IMG/VR virus record: IMGVR_UViG_3300032218_000733
Location: 1 to 61,365 of that record
DNA length: 61,365 bases
Strand: one strand, 5' to 3'
DNA from: a virus
Taxonomy: Duplodnaviria; Caudoviricetes
The notes under the pieces are model-generated. The model had not been told where the DNA came from. It did not search any database and saw nothing but the letters and a program-made list of their open reading frames with translations. Position 1 is the first letter of the stretch; every line of letters begins with the position of its first letter. Made by a program: the position numbers and the translations under genes. Shown piece by piece: positions 1 to 8,245 of the stretch.

Positions 1-203
1 CCTGCCATTGTAGATACGGTGTTGGGAATAGTTACGCCAGCGGCATTTGCTACCCACATACAGAAACTTCCGCACCATGGGAGAAAGTTAGCCTTTGTAA
101 AAGCGCCGTATTTAGTTTCGTTATCTTTTGGTCCTTCTACATAACCAATTTCAGCTAATGCAACTTCTACCATACGAGCTGCTGTGCCTTTTGCTGCTGC
201 CAT
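1..203 (-). CDS. Endolysin, CHAP-domain amidase/peptidase (5' part; runs off the window)
   Basis: Not in the ORF track; translated by hand: MAAAKGTAARMVEVALAEIGYVEGPKDNETKYGAFTKANFLPWCGSFCMWV. The 'EIGYVEG..N.TKYG....PWC' pattern is typical of CHAP lysins. ATG overlaps the upstream stop (TAATG). Confidence 0.8.
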   Translation of the reverse strand, partial: MAAAKGTAARMVEVALAEIGYVEGPKDNETKYGAFTKANFLPWCGSFCMWVANAAGVTIPNTVSTMA

Positions 204-388
204 TATTTATCTCCTTTTAAAATTGATTTCTTAATTTTCTTGCTATCTGCTTCTGATGCATATAATGCTCTTAGATGAGCAGTAGCCGCTGACTTACTTG
301 GATGGCATCCAACTAAGGATCCATCAGATTCTTTTACTACAGCATAACCTTTGCATCCTGAAGCGCCATGCTTAATTTGCCAAGGCAT
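203..388 (-). CDS. Small hypothetical protein (GCH motif)
   Basis: 61 aa, coupled to both neighbours by TAATG overlaps. Confidence 0.7.
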   Translation of the reverse strand: MPWQIKHGASGCKGYAVVKESDGSLVGCHPSKSAATAHLRALYASEADSKKIKKSILKGDK

Positions 389-843
389 TATGCAACAACC
401 ATTGATTTAAGAGATGCTGTAATCTTCCATCTAAACTTTTCGTGTGCAGTAATTCTATCTGCAAAGAAGTTTGCAACTCCTTGTTCACCCGTAGATGTTG
501 CAGTATTGAAAGCAACCTTGTAATCTGTAATTAATTGTTCATTTGATTTCAATAGGGATTGAAGCATTTGAATTGGGTTATTTGCATTTAGGTCTAGATC
601 GTAAGTAACATTTGATACCGCCGCAATCTTTCCTACCTGAAATTCTGCAAATTGTGCGAATGATCTCTGCCACTCTGCAAGAGTGTCTACAGCGTCAAAT
701 GCATCTGTGTAGATATCTGAAAACATTTCATGGAATTGATCAAATAGAATGCCTTCGACATTCCAGTGATATCCATGTGCTTTTGTGTAATAAATAAAGG
801 TGCTGGCCTGTAAGGTTCTCAGCTGTGCGATTAATTCTTCCAT
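388..843 (-). CDS. dps: Dps / ferritin-like DNA-protecting protein
   Basis: Ferroxidase motifs HGYHWNVEG..F.QFHEMF and D.LAE, C-terminal HEK..W. Confidence 0.9.
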   Translation of the reverse strand: MEELIAQLRTLQASTFIYYTKAHGYHWNVEGILFDQFHEMFSDIYTDAFDAVDTLAEWQRSFAQFAEFQVGKIAAVSNVTYDLDLNANNPIQMLQSLLKSNEQLITDYKVAFNTATSTGEQGVANFFADRITAHEKFRWKITASLKSMVVA

Positions 844-849
844 ACACCC

Positions 850-858
850 ATTATACCA
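850..858 (-). promoter_or_regulatory. Extended -10 promoter (TGGTATAAT), leaderless dps transcript
   Basis: TGnTATAAT 6 nt upstream of the ATG at 843; no SD. Confidence 0.7.
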
Positions 859-872
859 TTTCTATTTTGTAG

Positions 873-947
873 TCTCTCCGACACGATTCGAACGTGCATA
901 GATCCATTATGCGCCTAGTGGGTAGAAACCACTGCCAATACGGAGAG
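873..947 (-). tRNA. Atypical tRNA-Arg (anticodon UCU) lacking a canonical D-arm
   Basis: Acceptor CTCTCCG/CGGAGAG plus A73; anticodon arm AGTGG-TTTCTAC-CCACT; T arm GCACG-TTCGAAT-CGTGT. Only 7 nt between acceptor and anticodon stems, 19-nt variable region, no encoded CCA. Confidence 0.75.
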
Positions 948-973
948 GTAGCGTTAAAAATTTGAGATATCTG

Positions 974-1303
974 TCAATTATCTGAAATATCTTCTTCCTC
1001 TAAATCTACATCAATTAATCCATATTCAACTGCTATTTCATATCCTTCTTCTGTTAAACTAATTAAAGCATCTAGATTTTCATCATATTCAACACTCAAT
1101 AAACCCTTTTCATATAAATCTAATAACTTATTATCTACATACTGTAAATGAGATTCCCATAATTCTGGTGCTAGATGCTCAGCTTCTTCTGTAATTTCAT
1201 AAATAATTTCTCCGTCTTTATTTACACCAATTAGTTCAACAGCGCCTATTTCAAGATAGTATTCTAACTTCATGTTTTCATCCATATTATCAAAATCATC
1301 CAT
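974..1303 (-). CDS. Highly acidic hypothetical protein
   Basis: 109 aa, D/E-rich, SD AAGGAG upstream. Confidence 0.75.
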   Translation of the reverse strand: MDDFDNMDENMKLEYYLEIGAVELIGVNKDGEIIYEITEEAEHLAPELWESHLQYVDNKLLDLYEKGLLSVEYDENLDALISLTEEGYEIAVEYGLIDVDLEEEDISDN

Positions 1304-1367
1304 TAGATCTCCTTTGTTTTATCAGCAGGAAGGCTACTGACCAATTAATCTATCGCCCTTTACTAAC

Positions 1368-1619
1368 CTATTGTAAACTACCATCTTCATTTTTGTCAAT
1401 GGTCTCTTCTACTATTTGCTGTACATATTCTGAAAAATGCTTTCTAATATTACCCTGTGGCCTAACACCTAATGACTTCCATATTCTTTTATATTCAATT
1501 ACATTAGCAAATGTAGTCGGACAAAGCATGACACTATTATACTCTTTCAAAACAGTTGGAAGCGGGACATGCTTTGTGCAGCATTTGCAGTCTTTTGCTC
1601 TTAATTGGTATTCGCTCAT
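1368..1619 (-). CDS. Hypothetical Cys-motif (putative Zn-binding) protein
   Basis: CKCC...CP motif; ATGA overlap with the terminase stop. Confidence 0.7.
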   Translation of the reverse strand: MSEYQLRAKDCKCCTKHVPLPTVLKEYNSVMLCPTTFANVIEYKRIWKSLGVRPQGNIRKHFSEYVQQIVEETIDKNEDGSLQ

Positions 1620-3403
1620 ATTGTCATCATTCTCTCTAATGCATCTTCTATGCCCTTGGGCATTTGGGGTGCTCTAATAACTCCCATTTGAAATGTATCA
1701 TCTAGTTTATTGTCTACCGTCATTGAATCATATGTATGAATTTCAACTTCTCTATTTACTTCTGGTCGTGTTTTACTAATTGAATTAAATACTGCACCAC
1801 ATACAGCATCAGCTAAGTCTTTAGATCCCTTTCTAGGGTGATCTACTTTATCTCTCATAATTTTAAGCTGAAGTAATTCATCAATTAGTAACGGTATATG
1901 TGGACCGTTTAATCTTTCTTCCAAAACAATCATAGCCATATCATCATAATGTTTTTTAGCCACCGACAAAATTTCTGTATTAATTCCATAAGCCTGAAGT
2001 TGTTGCATCATATCATGTGAATTCCATCTGTCAAATGTACACATACGAATTTTAAATCCACGAGTTCTTAATGCTAAAATATGATCTTTAACTTCACTAA
2101 AGTCTACAGACTTATCTGGTGTTGGAGTCCAGTATCTAACTGAATCAACATTTACAATTGGTGCTGGCTGTGAATAATCATTAGTTATTTTAACATTTAC
2201 CCAACGATCAACGTGTGCCATTGATACTGCACAATGGTCATGTTTTTGCGCTAAGTCAACGTGAATAAAATACTCTTTACCTTCTTCTGGCTGGAACCAC
2301 TCTTCTAATCTACCAAATTGATCTATGGCCAATGCTGGTTTATTAAAAGCCTTTTCAATTTTCTCTCTTGACTTAAAAAATGCATCTACCGCTTCTGATG
2401 GCATGCATGCAAATCTTCCTAGAGCATCAACCATATTTTTATGAAATGCTACAGTAAAATCTTCAATCTTTTTAGTTGGATTAACTTCCCATGTCGGTCT
2501 TTTTAATGCAAATGTCTTTGGGTAGACGTATGACTTGATATGGTCTTCTTCCCACTGAACTTCAAATTCATTTCCCTCTATGCCATCTGGAAGTTCATCA
2601 TTAAGTTTTAACTTTTTAACTCTTGCAACCACTTCTTTCTCTGCAATCACAGCCTCGTATCTTTGCTGAATATAGTCATTTTTAAAACGTGGAAAAGAAA
2701 GCAATATTACTTTACCAAAATCTGGAAAACGAGAATCAACTGATGCCCTATACATATCATAAATTGCATCACCTGTTTTTGCCTGATCATGTCCAGTAGT
2801 ACTTTCAATAGCAAAACCTGAAATTTCATCAAGGATAACAACAATAACGTTATAGCCTTCCCAAGCTTCACGTTCTGAGTGACCTGAGTGAACTGTTATA
2901 GCTTTATTAAATTTAATTTCAGATGCTTTATCTGTATATTTACCAATAAACCATGGAGAGCGATCAATACGTGTTTTAAATCCTTTAAAGAAAACGTTGC
3001 TTGCCTGTTGTGCGTTAATAGCAATATTGATAATATCAATTGAATCTCCAGGAGGTTTACCATAATAAGTTGCTGGATCTTTTAAGCACAAAAGTAAATG
3101 TACTATGTAGGCTACAGAAATGGTAGAACAATAATCTTTTCCACTTCCTTTTCCTAGTTGAGCAACAACTTCATTACAAGTTTGCTTGTACATTCTTTTG
3201 CCTTCTTGCTCGCCAAAAAGCTTTGTTAAGGTAGATTCTTTATATATTTGAGAACTTTTTTCAATAAGTGTATATTGGTGATCGGATAATGGGGGCAAGC
3301 CAAGATAGTCTGGGCTTGTTACAAATGTCCGAAGATCAACTGGACGTTCTTCAAATTCTTCGCCGTCAAGCATATCGATGAGATCATTAAAATCAAACGA
3401 CAT
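1616..3403 (-). CDS. terL: Terminase large subunit
   Basis: Walker A-like GKGSGKD, Walker B VILDE, C-terminal RNase H-like nuclease (HVDLA, DH...KDLADA). Start placed at MSFDF after a GAGG SD. Confidence 0.9.
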   Translation of the reverse strand: MSFDFNDLIDMLDGEEFEERPVDLRTFVTSPDYLGLPPLSDHQYTLIEKSSQIYKESTLTKLFGEQEGKRMYKQTCNEVVAQLGKGSGKDYCSTISVAYIVHLLLCLKDPATYYGKPPGDSIDIINIAINAQQASNVFFKGFKTRIDRSPWFIGKYTDKASEIKFNKAITVHSGHSEREAWEGYNVIVVILDEISGFAIESTTGHDQAKTGDAIYDMYRASVDSRFPDFGKVILLSFPRFKNDYIQQRYEAVIAEKEVVARVKKLKLNDELPDGIEGNEFEVQWEEDHIKSYVYPKTFALKRPTWEVNPTKKIEDFTVAFHKNMVDALGRFACMPSEAVDAFFKSREKIEKAFNKPALAIDQFGRLEEWFQPEEGKEYFIHVDLAQKHDHCAVSMAHVDRWVNVKITNDYSQPAPIVNVDSVRYWTPTPDKSVDFSEVKDHILALRTRGFKIRMCTFDRWNSHDMMQQLQAYGINTEILSVAKKHYDDMAMIVLEERLNGPHIPLLIDELLQLKIMRDKVDHPRKGSKDLADAVCGAVFNSISKTRPEVNREVEIHTYDSMTVDNKLDDTFQMGVIRAPQMPKGIEDALERMMTI

Positions 3404-3935
3404 CTGCTTCCTCAACTACAACTGATTCAACTACTCCAGTAATTTGCGATAGTCTTCGTGCAACATCCATTTTGCATTTAGGGCATGAGGCTGTAACTTC
3501 TTTTAAAATTCCAACAAGTATCTCCTGCTTACGCTCTGTATCGGCAATTTGTGTAGCAAGTTCTACATTGTCTAGTAGTCCAACCTGCTGTAGCATTCCA
3601 ATTCTTTTTGTTTCAATATCTGCAATTAATTTTAAAGCTGTATTTTTATTATTAAGTTGACCCTGTTGATCGGAATCTCTAACAACTTTCCAAGCTTCTT
3701 GTATTAGCATAGAGTAATGTTGGTCTGCACCAGAGATTGCTTCTTTAGCTCTGTCTCTAGCCGCTGTATCATTTTTTACAACGCCCTTCCATTCATCTAT
3801 GAGTTCTAATACTTCTGCCCTCTTTAAACCAGTTAGAGAGGCTATCTGAGTTGGATTACTACCTTTGAGCAACTCAGACACCACTTGGTTCATGCGATCA
3901 AAATGATCTGCTAATTCAATTTCTATTGTAATCAT
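3393..3935 (-). CDS. HTH protein, probable terminase small subunit
   Basis: N-terminal HTH (NPTQIASLTGLKRAEV), helical body, immediately upstream of terL. Confidence 0.6.
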   Translation of the reverse strand: MITIEIELADHFDRMNQVVSELLKGSNPTQIASLTGLKRAEVLELIDEWKGVVKNDTAARDRAKEAISGADQHYSMLIQEAWKVVRDSDQQGQLNNKNTALKLIADIETKRIGMLQQVGLLDNVELATQIADTERKQEILVGILKEVTASCPKCKMDVARRLSQITGVVESVVVEEADVV

Positions 3936-4254
3936 CCTCTATTCTTTGAATATCATCTTCGCCAAAATAGGTTCCTGTTTGAACTTCAATAAATTCAACT
4001 GGATCTGATTGAGATTCTATTCTATGAAGGTCCCCCGCCTTTATATCTATGGAGTGACCTGGTGACATTACACGGCTGGTACCATTTATAGTTACATATG
4101 GATGTCCAGAAACTATAAACCAGTGCTCATGTCTCTTTTCATGTCTTTGGTAGGATAGTCTTTTTCCAGCCTCAACATATATATATTTTGTTTTATGATT
4201 ACTAGATTCATCAAGAATTGTATAATATCCCCATGGTCTATTTTCTGTACTCAT
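3916..4254 (-). CDS. Cupin, mannose-6-phosphate isomerase type II C-terminal-like
   Basis: RPWG, LSYQRH..R.EHW, HRI, IEVQTG.YFGEDDI.R motifs. Confidence 0.88.
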   Translation of the reverse strand: MSTENRPWGYYTILDESSNHKTKYIYVEAGKRLSYQRHEKRHEHWFIVSGHPYVTINGTSRVMSPGHSIDIKAGDLHRIESQSDPVEFIEVQTGTYFGEDDIQRIEDDYNRN

Positions 4255-4269
4255 TACATTATTATACTT

Positions 4270-4611
4270 CTAGTTGACTGAAATAGCAAGTTTCTTAGCA
4301 ATTTTAAGTAAGATTAAATAACCAATCATGTCGTCAATATCATTATCTCCCGCAAACCCTTGGCCATTTTTAATTCTATTAATCTTATCATCAATACGAA
4401 TTTTAATTTGTTCTTGATTGTCCGCCTGAGAAAATATTCTAATAGGACTTAATGCTGAATCCCCATAAGAAATATTTTTATTAATAAGCATCTCTGCAAT
4501 TTCAAGACACTCTATAATTATTTTATTACCTGATGGTGCATCTGTAGCTATTAGTTGTAGATCAGTGATCCACATTTGATATCCTTTATCTTTTTCTGGA
4601 TAACCCGCCAT
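4270..4611 (-). CDS. Nucleotide-modification-associated domain 1 (Nmad1/DUF1599)-like protein
   Basis: KN..YGDS, RI.DKI.RI, D..DD..GY motifs. Confidence 0.75.
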   Translation of the reverse strand: MAGYPEKDKGYQMWITDLQLIATDAPSGNKIIIECLEIAEMLINKNISYGDSALSPIRIFSQADNQEQIKIRIDDKINRIKNGQGFAGDNDIDDMIGYLILLKIAKKLAISVN

Positions 4612-5270
4612 TATTCCATCTCCTTATATAATTGTTTAAGACCCTTTAGTGTGCCTATATCCATATATTTACCGCCTGGTCTTACCGCCCTGATATCTAA
4701 ATTCATATCAATCCATTCTTGTATTTGTTTTCCTGGATGATCCAACTCAACATCTATATATCTTATCAAATTTTTTCGGAATAGCATAGTGCCCCACATA
4801 TATGGATACTCGCAACTAGCTTCTTTATCCATAGAAGAAAGAACTTTATCTCCAGATAATAATACCTGTCCAACTCTTCCCTTTAAATCTTCTGTACATT
4901 CCCAGGTTCCAAGAACAAGATCTCCTGGGGTATTAATCATTTCTTTATAAATATTTTTATATGTATTATGAATATATGTATCTGGCATTCCAATAAGTAC
5001 TGTATCATTATAATCCCCAATCATATACTTTACTGCATCTGACATTGTAGATGGCTCACGTACCATTATTTTAACATTCATGTCCATGTTTTGAATTATT
5101 GGAACCCATTCTGAACGTGTAGAAATTCTAACCTCATCACATACTTCAAGCATTTGTTCTACATGCCATTGTATTAAAGATCTTTCATCAGATACTGGTA
5201 AACAAAATTTGGGTATGCCGCCAACCCTTGAAGCCTTTCCAGATGCTGGTAAAACTCCTATAATAGCCAT
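4611..5270 (-). CDS. Sugar-1-phosphate nucleotidyltransferase (NTP_transferase family)
   Basis: PASGKASRVGGIPKFCLP signature, GMPDT, YMDIGT. Confidence 0.85.
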   Translation of the reverse strand: MAIIGVLPASGKASRVGGIPKFCLPVSDERSLIQWHVEQMLEVCDEVRISTRSEWVPIIQNMDMNVKIMVREPSTMSDAVKYMIGDYNDTVLIGMPDTYIHNTYKNIYKEMINTPGDLVLGTWECTEDLKGRVGQVLLSGDKVLSSMDKEASCEYPYMWGTMLFRKNLIRYIDVELDHPGKQIQEWIDMNLDIRAVRPGGKYMDIGTLKGLKQLYKEME

Positions 5271-5911
5271 TCATGTTCCCTTCTTTTATTTATATTCCAC
5301 CCTCTATTATATGAAAAATTTGATTGTTGTTTTTCTGTAAAATATTCTCTATTTTTAATAAAAGTTTCGTTATTCTTATCACGAAGTTTTTCATCACTAT
5401 GTATAGTTTGAGATGCTCCGTGTGGTGCATTAACTTGAATTATTCCATGAACATAGCCGTCTTTAAGTGATGAACGCATTACTCTTTCGTAGTAATCATT
5501 GTCCTCAAAGTAAATGGGATAAAAGTATTCATCAAATAATCCTACTTCTTTTACAATATTTTCTCCTAATGTAAATGCACTCCATGCCTCAGTTGTTAAA
5601 ATTAATTTATCGGATCCACTTTCATTATGTAATTTTTCTAGTGACCCTTCTATCCAATGCGTGTCAGCGGAAGAAAACATCCAGTATTTTTCATGAGGAT
5701 ATAGCTTAATCGTTAAATTCCAAGAACCAGACATTCCTAAATTAGATGGAAGATTTAGCACCCTAACGTTCAGATCTTGTCGCTTGGGAATATAGTTTTC
5801 TTTACCATTATTAATAATTAAAATTTCTTTTACTGGATAGTCAATAGTATCTAAATTATCATCTAGTAAATCATATCTATTTAATACTGGTATGGCTAAT
5901 ACGGGAATCAT
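5258..5911 (-). CDS. Glycosyltransferase family 2
   Basis: IPVLNR, IINNG, NLG..GSWN, VGLFDE.F..YFEDNDY. Confidence 0.85.
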   Translation of the reverse strand: MIPVLAIPVLNRYDLLDDNLDTIDYPVKEILIINNGKENYIPKRQDLNVRVLNLPSNLGMSGSWNLTIKLYPHEKYWMFSSADTHWIEGSLEKLHNESGSDKLILTTEAWSAFTLGENIVKEVGLFDEYFYPIYFEDNDYYERVMRSSLKDGYVHGIIQVNAPHGASQTIHSDEKLRDKNNETFIKNREYFTEKQQSNFSYNRGWNINKRREHEWLL

Positions 5912-6054
5912 CTTTTTTTAATTAATCCAAACTGCTCTAAGTATCTTTGTATAGTCATAGCAGATACTCCACACTCTTTACCTATTTCTGTTACCGTCTT
6001 TTTTTGAACTATATATCTTCTATATAACCACTCACGACTTTGATATAACTTCAT
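5908..6054 (-). CDS. Small HTH DNA-binding protein (48 aa)
   Basis: Hand translation MKLYQSREWLYRRYIVQKKTVTEIGKECGVSAMTIQRYLEQFGLIKKR; ATGA overlaps on both sides. Confidence 0.8.
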   Translation of the reverse strand: MKLYQSREWLYRRYIVQKKTVTEIGKECGVSAMTIQRYLEQFGLIKKR

Positions 6055-6617
6055 CGTTCTGTTAATACCTTATTCGCATAATGTGCAATTCCAAATGAAT
6101 CTGCAACATCATAATCATTTAGTGCTAACCCGTACTTATTATTAAAATAGTCTACAGTTCTTTGTTTACGCATATTCCTTAATTGTGTCTTATACCATGA
6201 ATCTGCATATCCTGGATTTTTAATTCTTATTGCTTCCTTTTCCGCTTTTGTTGGATTACTATTCTTTATATATGCCTGCCAAGCTGAGGGAGAAATTGTT
6301 ATAACCTTAGTTCCCGTGGACATAAGTTCTGCAATTACTACTCCATACACATATGATAATTTTATCACAGCATCGGGGGATCTGACAAGGATAGCTCCCT
6401 CTACAGCGATATAATCAGCCTTTAATTCATTTAACATAGCATGTGTTTTTACTTTAGCATCATACATTTTTTCATATATATCTAATCCAGCTAAATTTAT
6501 TTTGCCCCATTTTAATGGAACATCATTTTCCATTAAGCAGAATGCTATAGAATTTGTTGAAGCATCTATTCCCAAAACACGATGTGCTTTAGATTTAATT
6601 AACTCACCCAATTTCAT
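6051..6617 (-). CDS. RuvC-like Holliday junction resolvase
   Basis: VLGIDAS, IAVEG, W....K, D.ADS.GIA catalytic pattern. Confidence 0.82.
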   Translation of the reverse strand: MKLGELIKSKAHRVLGIDASTNSIAFCLMENDVPLKWGKINLAGLDIYEKMYDAKVKTHAMLNELKADYIAVEGAILVRSPDAVIKLSYVYGVVIAELMSTGTKVITISPSAWQAYIKNSNPTKAEKEAIRIKNPGYADSWYKTQLRNMRKQRTVDYFNNKYGLALNDYDVADSFGIAHYANKVLTER

Positions 6618-6882
6618 TTATAATCCCCAACAGTTTATTCTTTGTAGATGTACTAATATTTTTTTCACATGATGAACATACTGCTGATTGATTATATCTA
6701 CTTAACTTAATACCACATTTTTTACAGATCCTATGTGCGCCATTTCGAATAGCTTTCTTTTCATAATATTTTTCCATGATGCGTCTATTTGTTGCAACAC
6801 GGCAACATTCATCAGAACAGTATTTTTGATTATGTGTTTTAGCATCAAAATCTTTAGCGCATTCTTTATTGGCACAGATCAT
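6604..6882 (-). CDS. Cys-rich zinc-finger protein
   Basis: Multiple Cys pairs (CANKEC, CSDECC, CKKC, CSSC). Confidence 0.75.
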   Translation of the reverse strand: MICANKECAKDFDAKTHNQKYCSDECCRVATNRRIMEKYYEKKAIRNGAHRICKKCGIKLSRYNQSAVCSSCEKNISTSTKNKLLGIINEIG

Positions 6883-7661
6883 AGATTTGGAACCTCAAAT
6901 GCTTCAATTTGAACTGTTCCTATGTCAGCATCTTTTGCCCAACATGCTTTTTTAACTGGACAATATTTGCAGGCAGACTGAGATTTAGTATATGGCCTCA
7001 TTGGAATATCTCCATCTTTAAAATTATCATATACTTCACATAACCAAATAAAGGTGTCTTCAATGATCTTAGTGTTACGCTCATTCATTTGAATTGGAAT
7101 AATTAATATCTCTTGAGTGTTCTTATTCTCATACAAGAAGAATCCTTCTTTGGCCCCTCGCAATTTCATATAAGTTAAAAGCTGAAGCATATGATTAGCT
7201 GATGGCTTCATTTCTGACTGTCGGGTATCCCAAACCTCCTGTTTAGCAGTTTTGATTTCACCAATTACCTGCTCACCATTCCAATCAATTACAAGGTCTA
7301 TGAAACCCCTAATTGGAGGGTATTCATTTTTAATTTCAATTTCTTCCTGAGCTGGTATGCCCATTTTAGAAATTAATCCCTGTAATCTTTCGTGAGCTTG
7401 GGTGCCCTGAGCCATGTTGGCAATAGCAATAGAATCATTATCGTCTATAAAAACTACTCCACTAAATGCCATATACCAGTATCTTGGGCATTTACCATGA
7501 CCGTAACCAATTGTACTTGGGCTGAATGAAGTTTTTGTCATTTGTCCATCTGCACGTTTAGTTTCCAGATATGATTTATCAAGCATGTCTGCAAACGTTT
7601 GTGGATCAAATGCGCCTGTATATTTTTTAAACTTTAAATTCTTTACTATATCTCTTGCCAT
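6879..7661 (-). CDS. Cas4-like PD-(D/E)XK exonuclease
   Basis: N-terminal CPR, G...H, GFID, EIKT, QLLTY, C-terminal C..C.....C Fe-S pattern. Confidence 0.85.
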   Translation of the reverse strand: MARDIVKNLKFKKYTGAFDPQTFADMLDKSYLETKRADGQMTKTSFSPSTIGYGHGKCPRYWYMAFSGVVFIDDNDSIAIANMAQGTQAHERLQGLISKMGIPAQEEIEIKNEYPPIRGFIDLVIDWNGEQVIGEIKTAKQEVWDTRQSEMKPSANHMLQLLTYMKLRGAKEGFFLYENKNTQEILIIPIQMNERNTKIIEDTFIWLCEVYDNFKDGDIPMRPYTKSQSACKYCPVKKACWAKDADIGTVQIEAFEVPNL

Positions 7662-7996
7662 TATGAATTATATCGAACCACATATTTGAGACTATCAACT
7701 AGGCGATCCAACGACTCCTTTACTGAATAATATATATTCTTCTTATTATTATTTGCAGTACCCGCTTTGTCTTTTGCAATAGTTGAATAATAAGATGCTA
7801 ACATTGCAAATTTTGCAGAGATAGCCTGCAACTCAATTATTAGTTGAGGTGCTTTTGCAGCTGGAACGTCTGGATTCATTAAAAGTTTAATTATTACAAC
7901 CATAGCACGATCTAATTGTTCATCCTTCATGTAGTCATGAAGATCATTAAATTCTGTGATATCGCTAATTAACTCTAAACTACTCTTGTCCGTCAC
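7661..7996 (-). CDS. Hypothetical helical protein
   Basis: 111 aa ORF, coupled to the downstream gene by TAATG. Confidence 0.7.
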   Translation of the reverse strand: MTDKSSLELISDITEFNDLHDYMKDEQLDRAMVVIIKLLMNPDVPAAKAPQLIIELQAISAKFAMLASYYSTIAKDKAGTANNNKKNIYYSVKESLDRLVDSLKYVVRYNS

Positions 7997-8090
7997 GCTC
8001 TTTAATTTCCTTATCTAATTTCATTACTTGCCAGTCTACAATTACACCGATCAAGAACCCCATCATTAAGCCAAATGTAAAGTTAGCCAT
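7980..8090 (-). CDS. Small membrane peptide (36 aa)
   Basis: Hand translation MANFTFGLMMGFLIGVIVDWQVMKLDKEIKERDGQE; TAATG overlap with the upstream gene. Confidence 0.6.
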   Translation of the reverse strand: MANFTFGLMMGFLIGVIVDWQVMKLDKEIKERDGQE

Positions 8091-8245
8091 TATATAAATC
8101 TCCCAACTAAGCCGTATCCAAGCCACAACCCAAAGATTCCCATTAAACCAGCAAATACTGGAGGAGCTGGAACTGGAAGCTTAAATAAAGCAAAAACTAT
8201 TCCGACACCCATTCCCGTAATAGTTGTCATTAAAATTTCTTTCAT
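8090..8245 (-). CDS. XapX-domain (DUF1427) small membrane protein (51 aa)
   Basis: Hand translation MKEILMTTITGMGVGIVFALFKLPVPAPPVFAGLMGIFGLWLGYGLVGRFI; two hydrophobic helices around LPVPAPP. Confidence 0.75.
   Translation of the reverse strand: MKEILMTTITGMGVGIVFALFKLPVPAPPVFAGLMGIFGLWLGYGLVGRFI

Noticed and set aside
920-930. CUA in the tRNA loop suggesting an amber suppressor and TAG recoding
   Set aside because: The 5-bp stem places UCU at positions 34-36. TAG serves as a normal stop here (e.g. 22774, 24172, 34947) and long genes are uninterrupted.
6879-7661. Cas4-like gene as part of a CRISPR system
   Set aside because: No repeat-spacer array or other cas genes seen; stand-alone Cas4-like nucleases are common in phage recombination modules.
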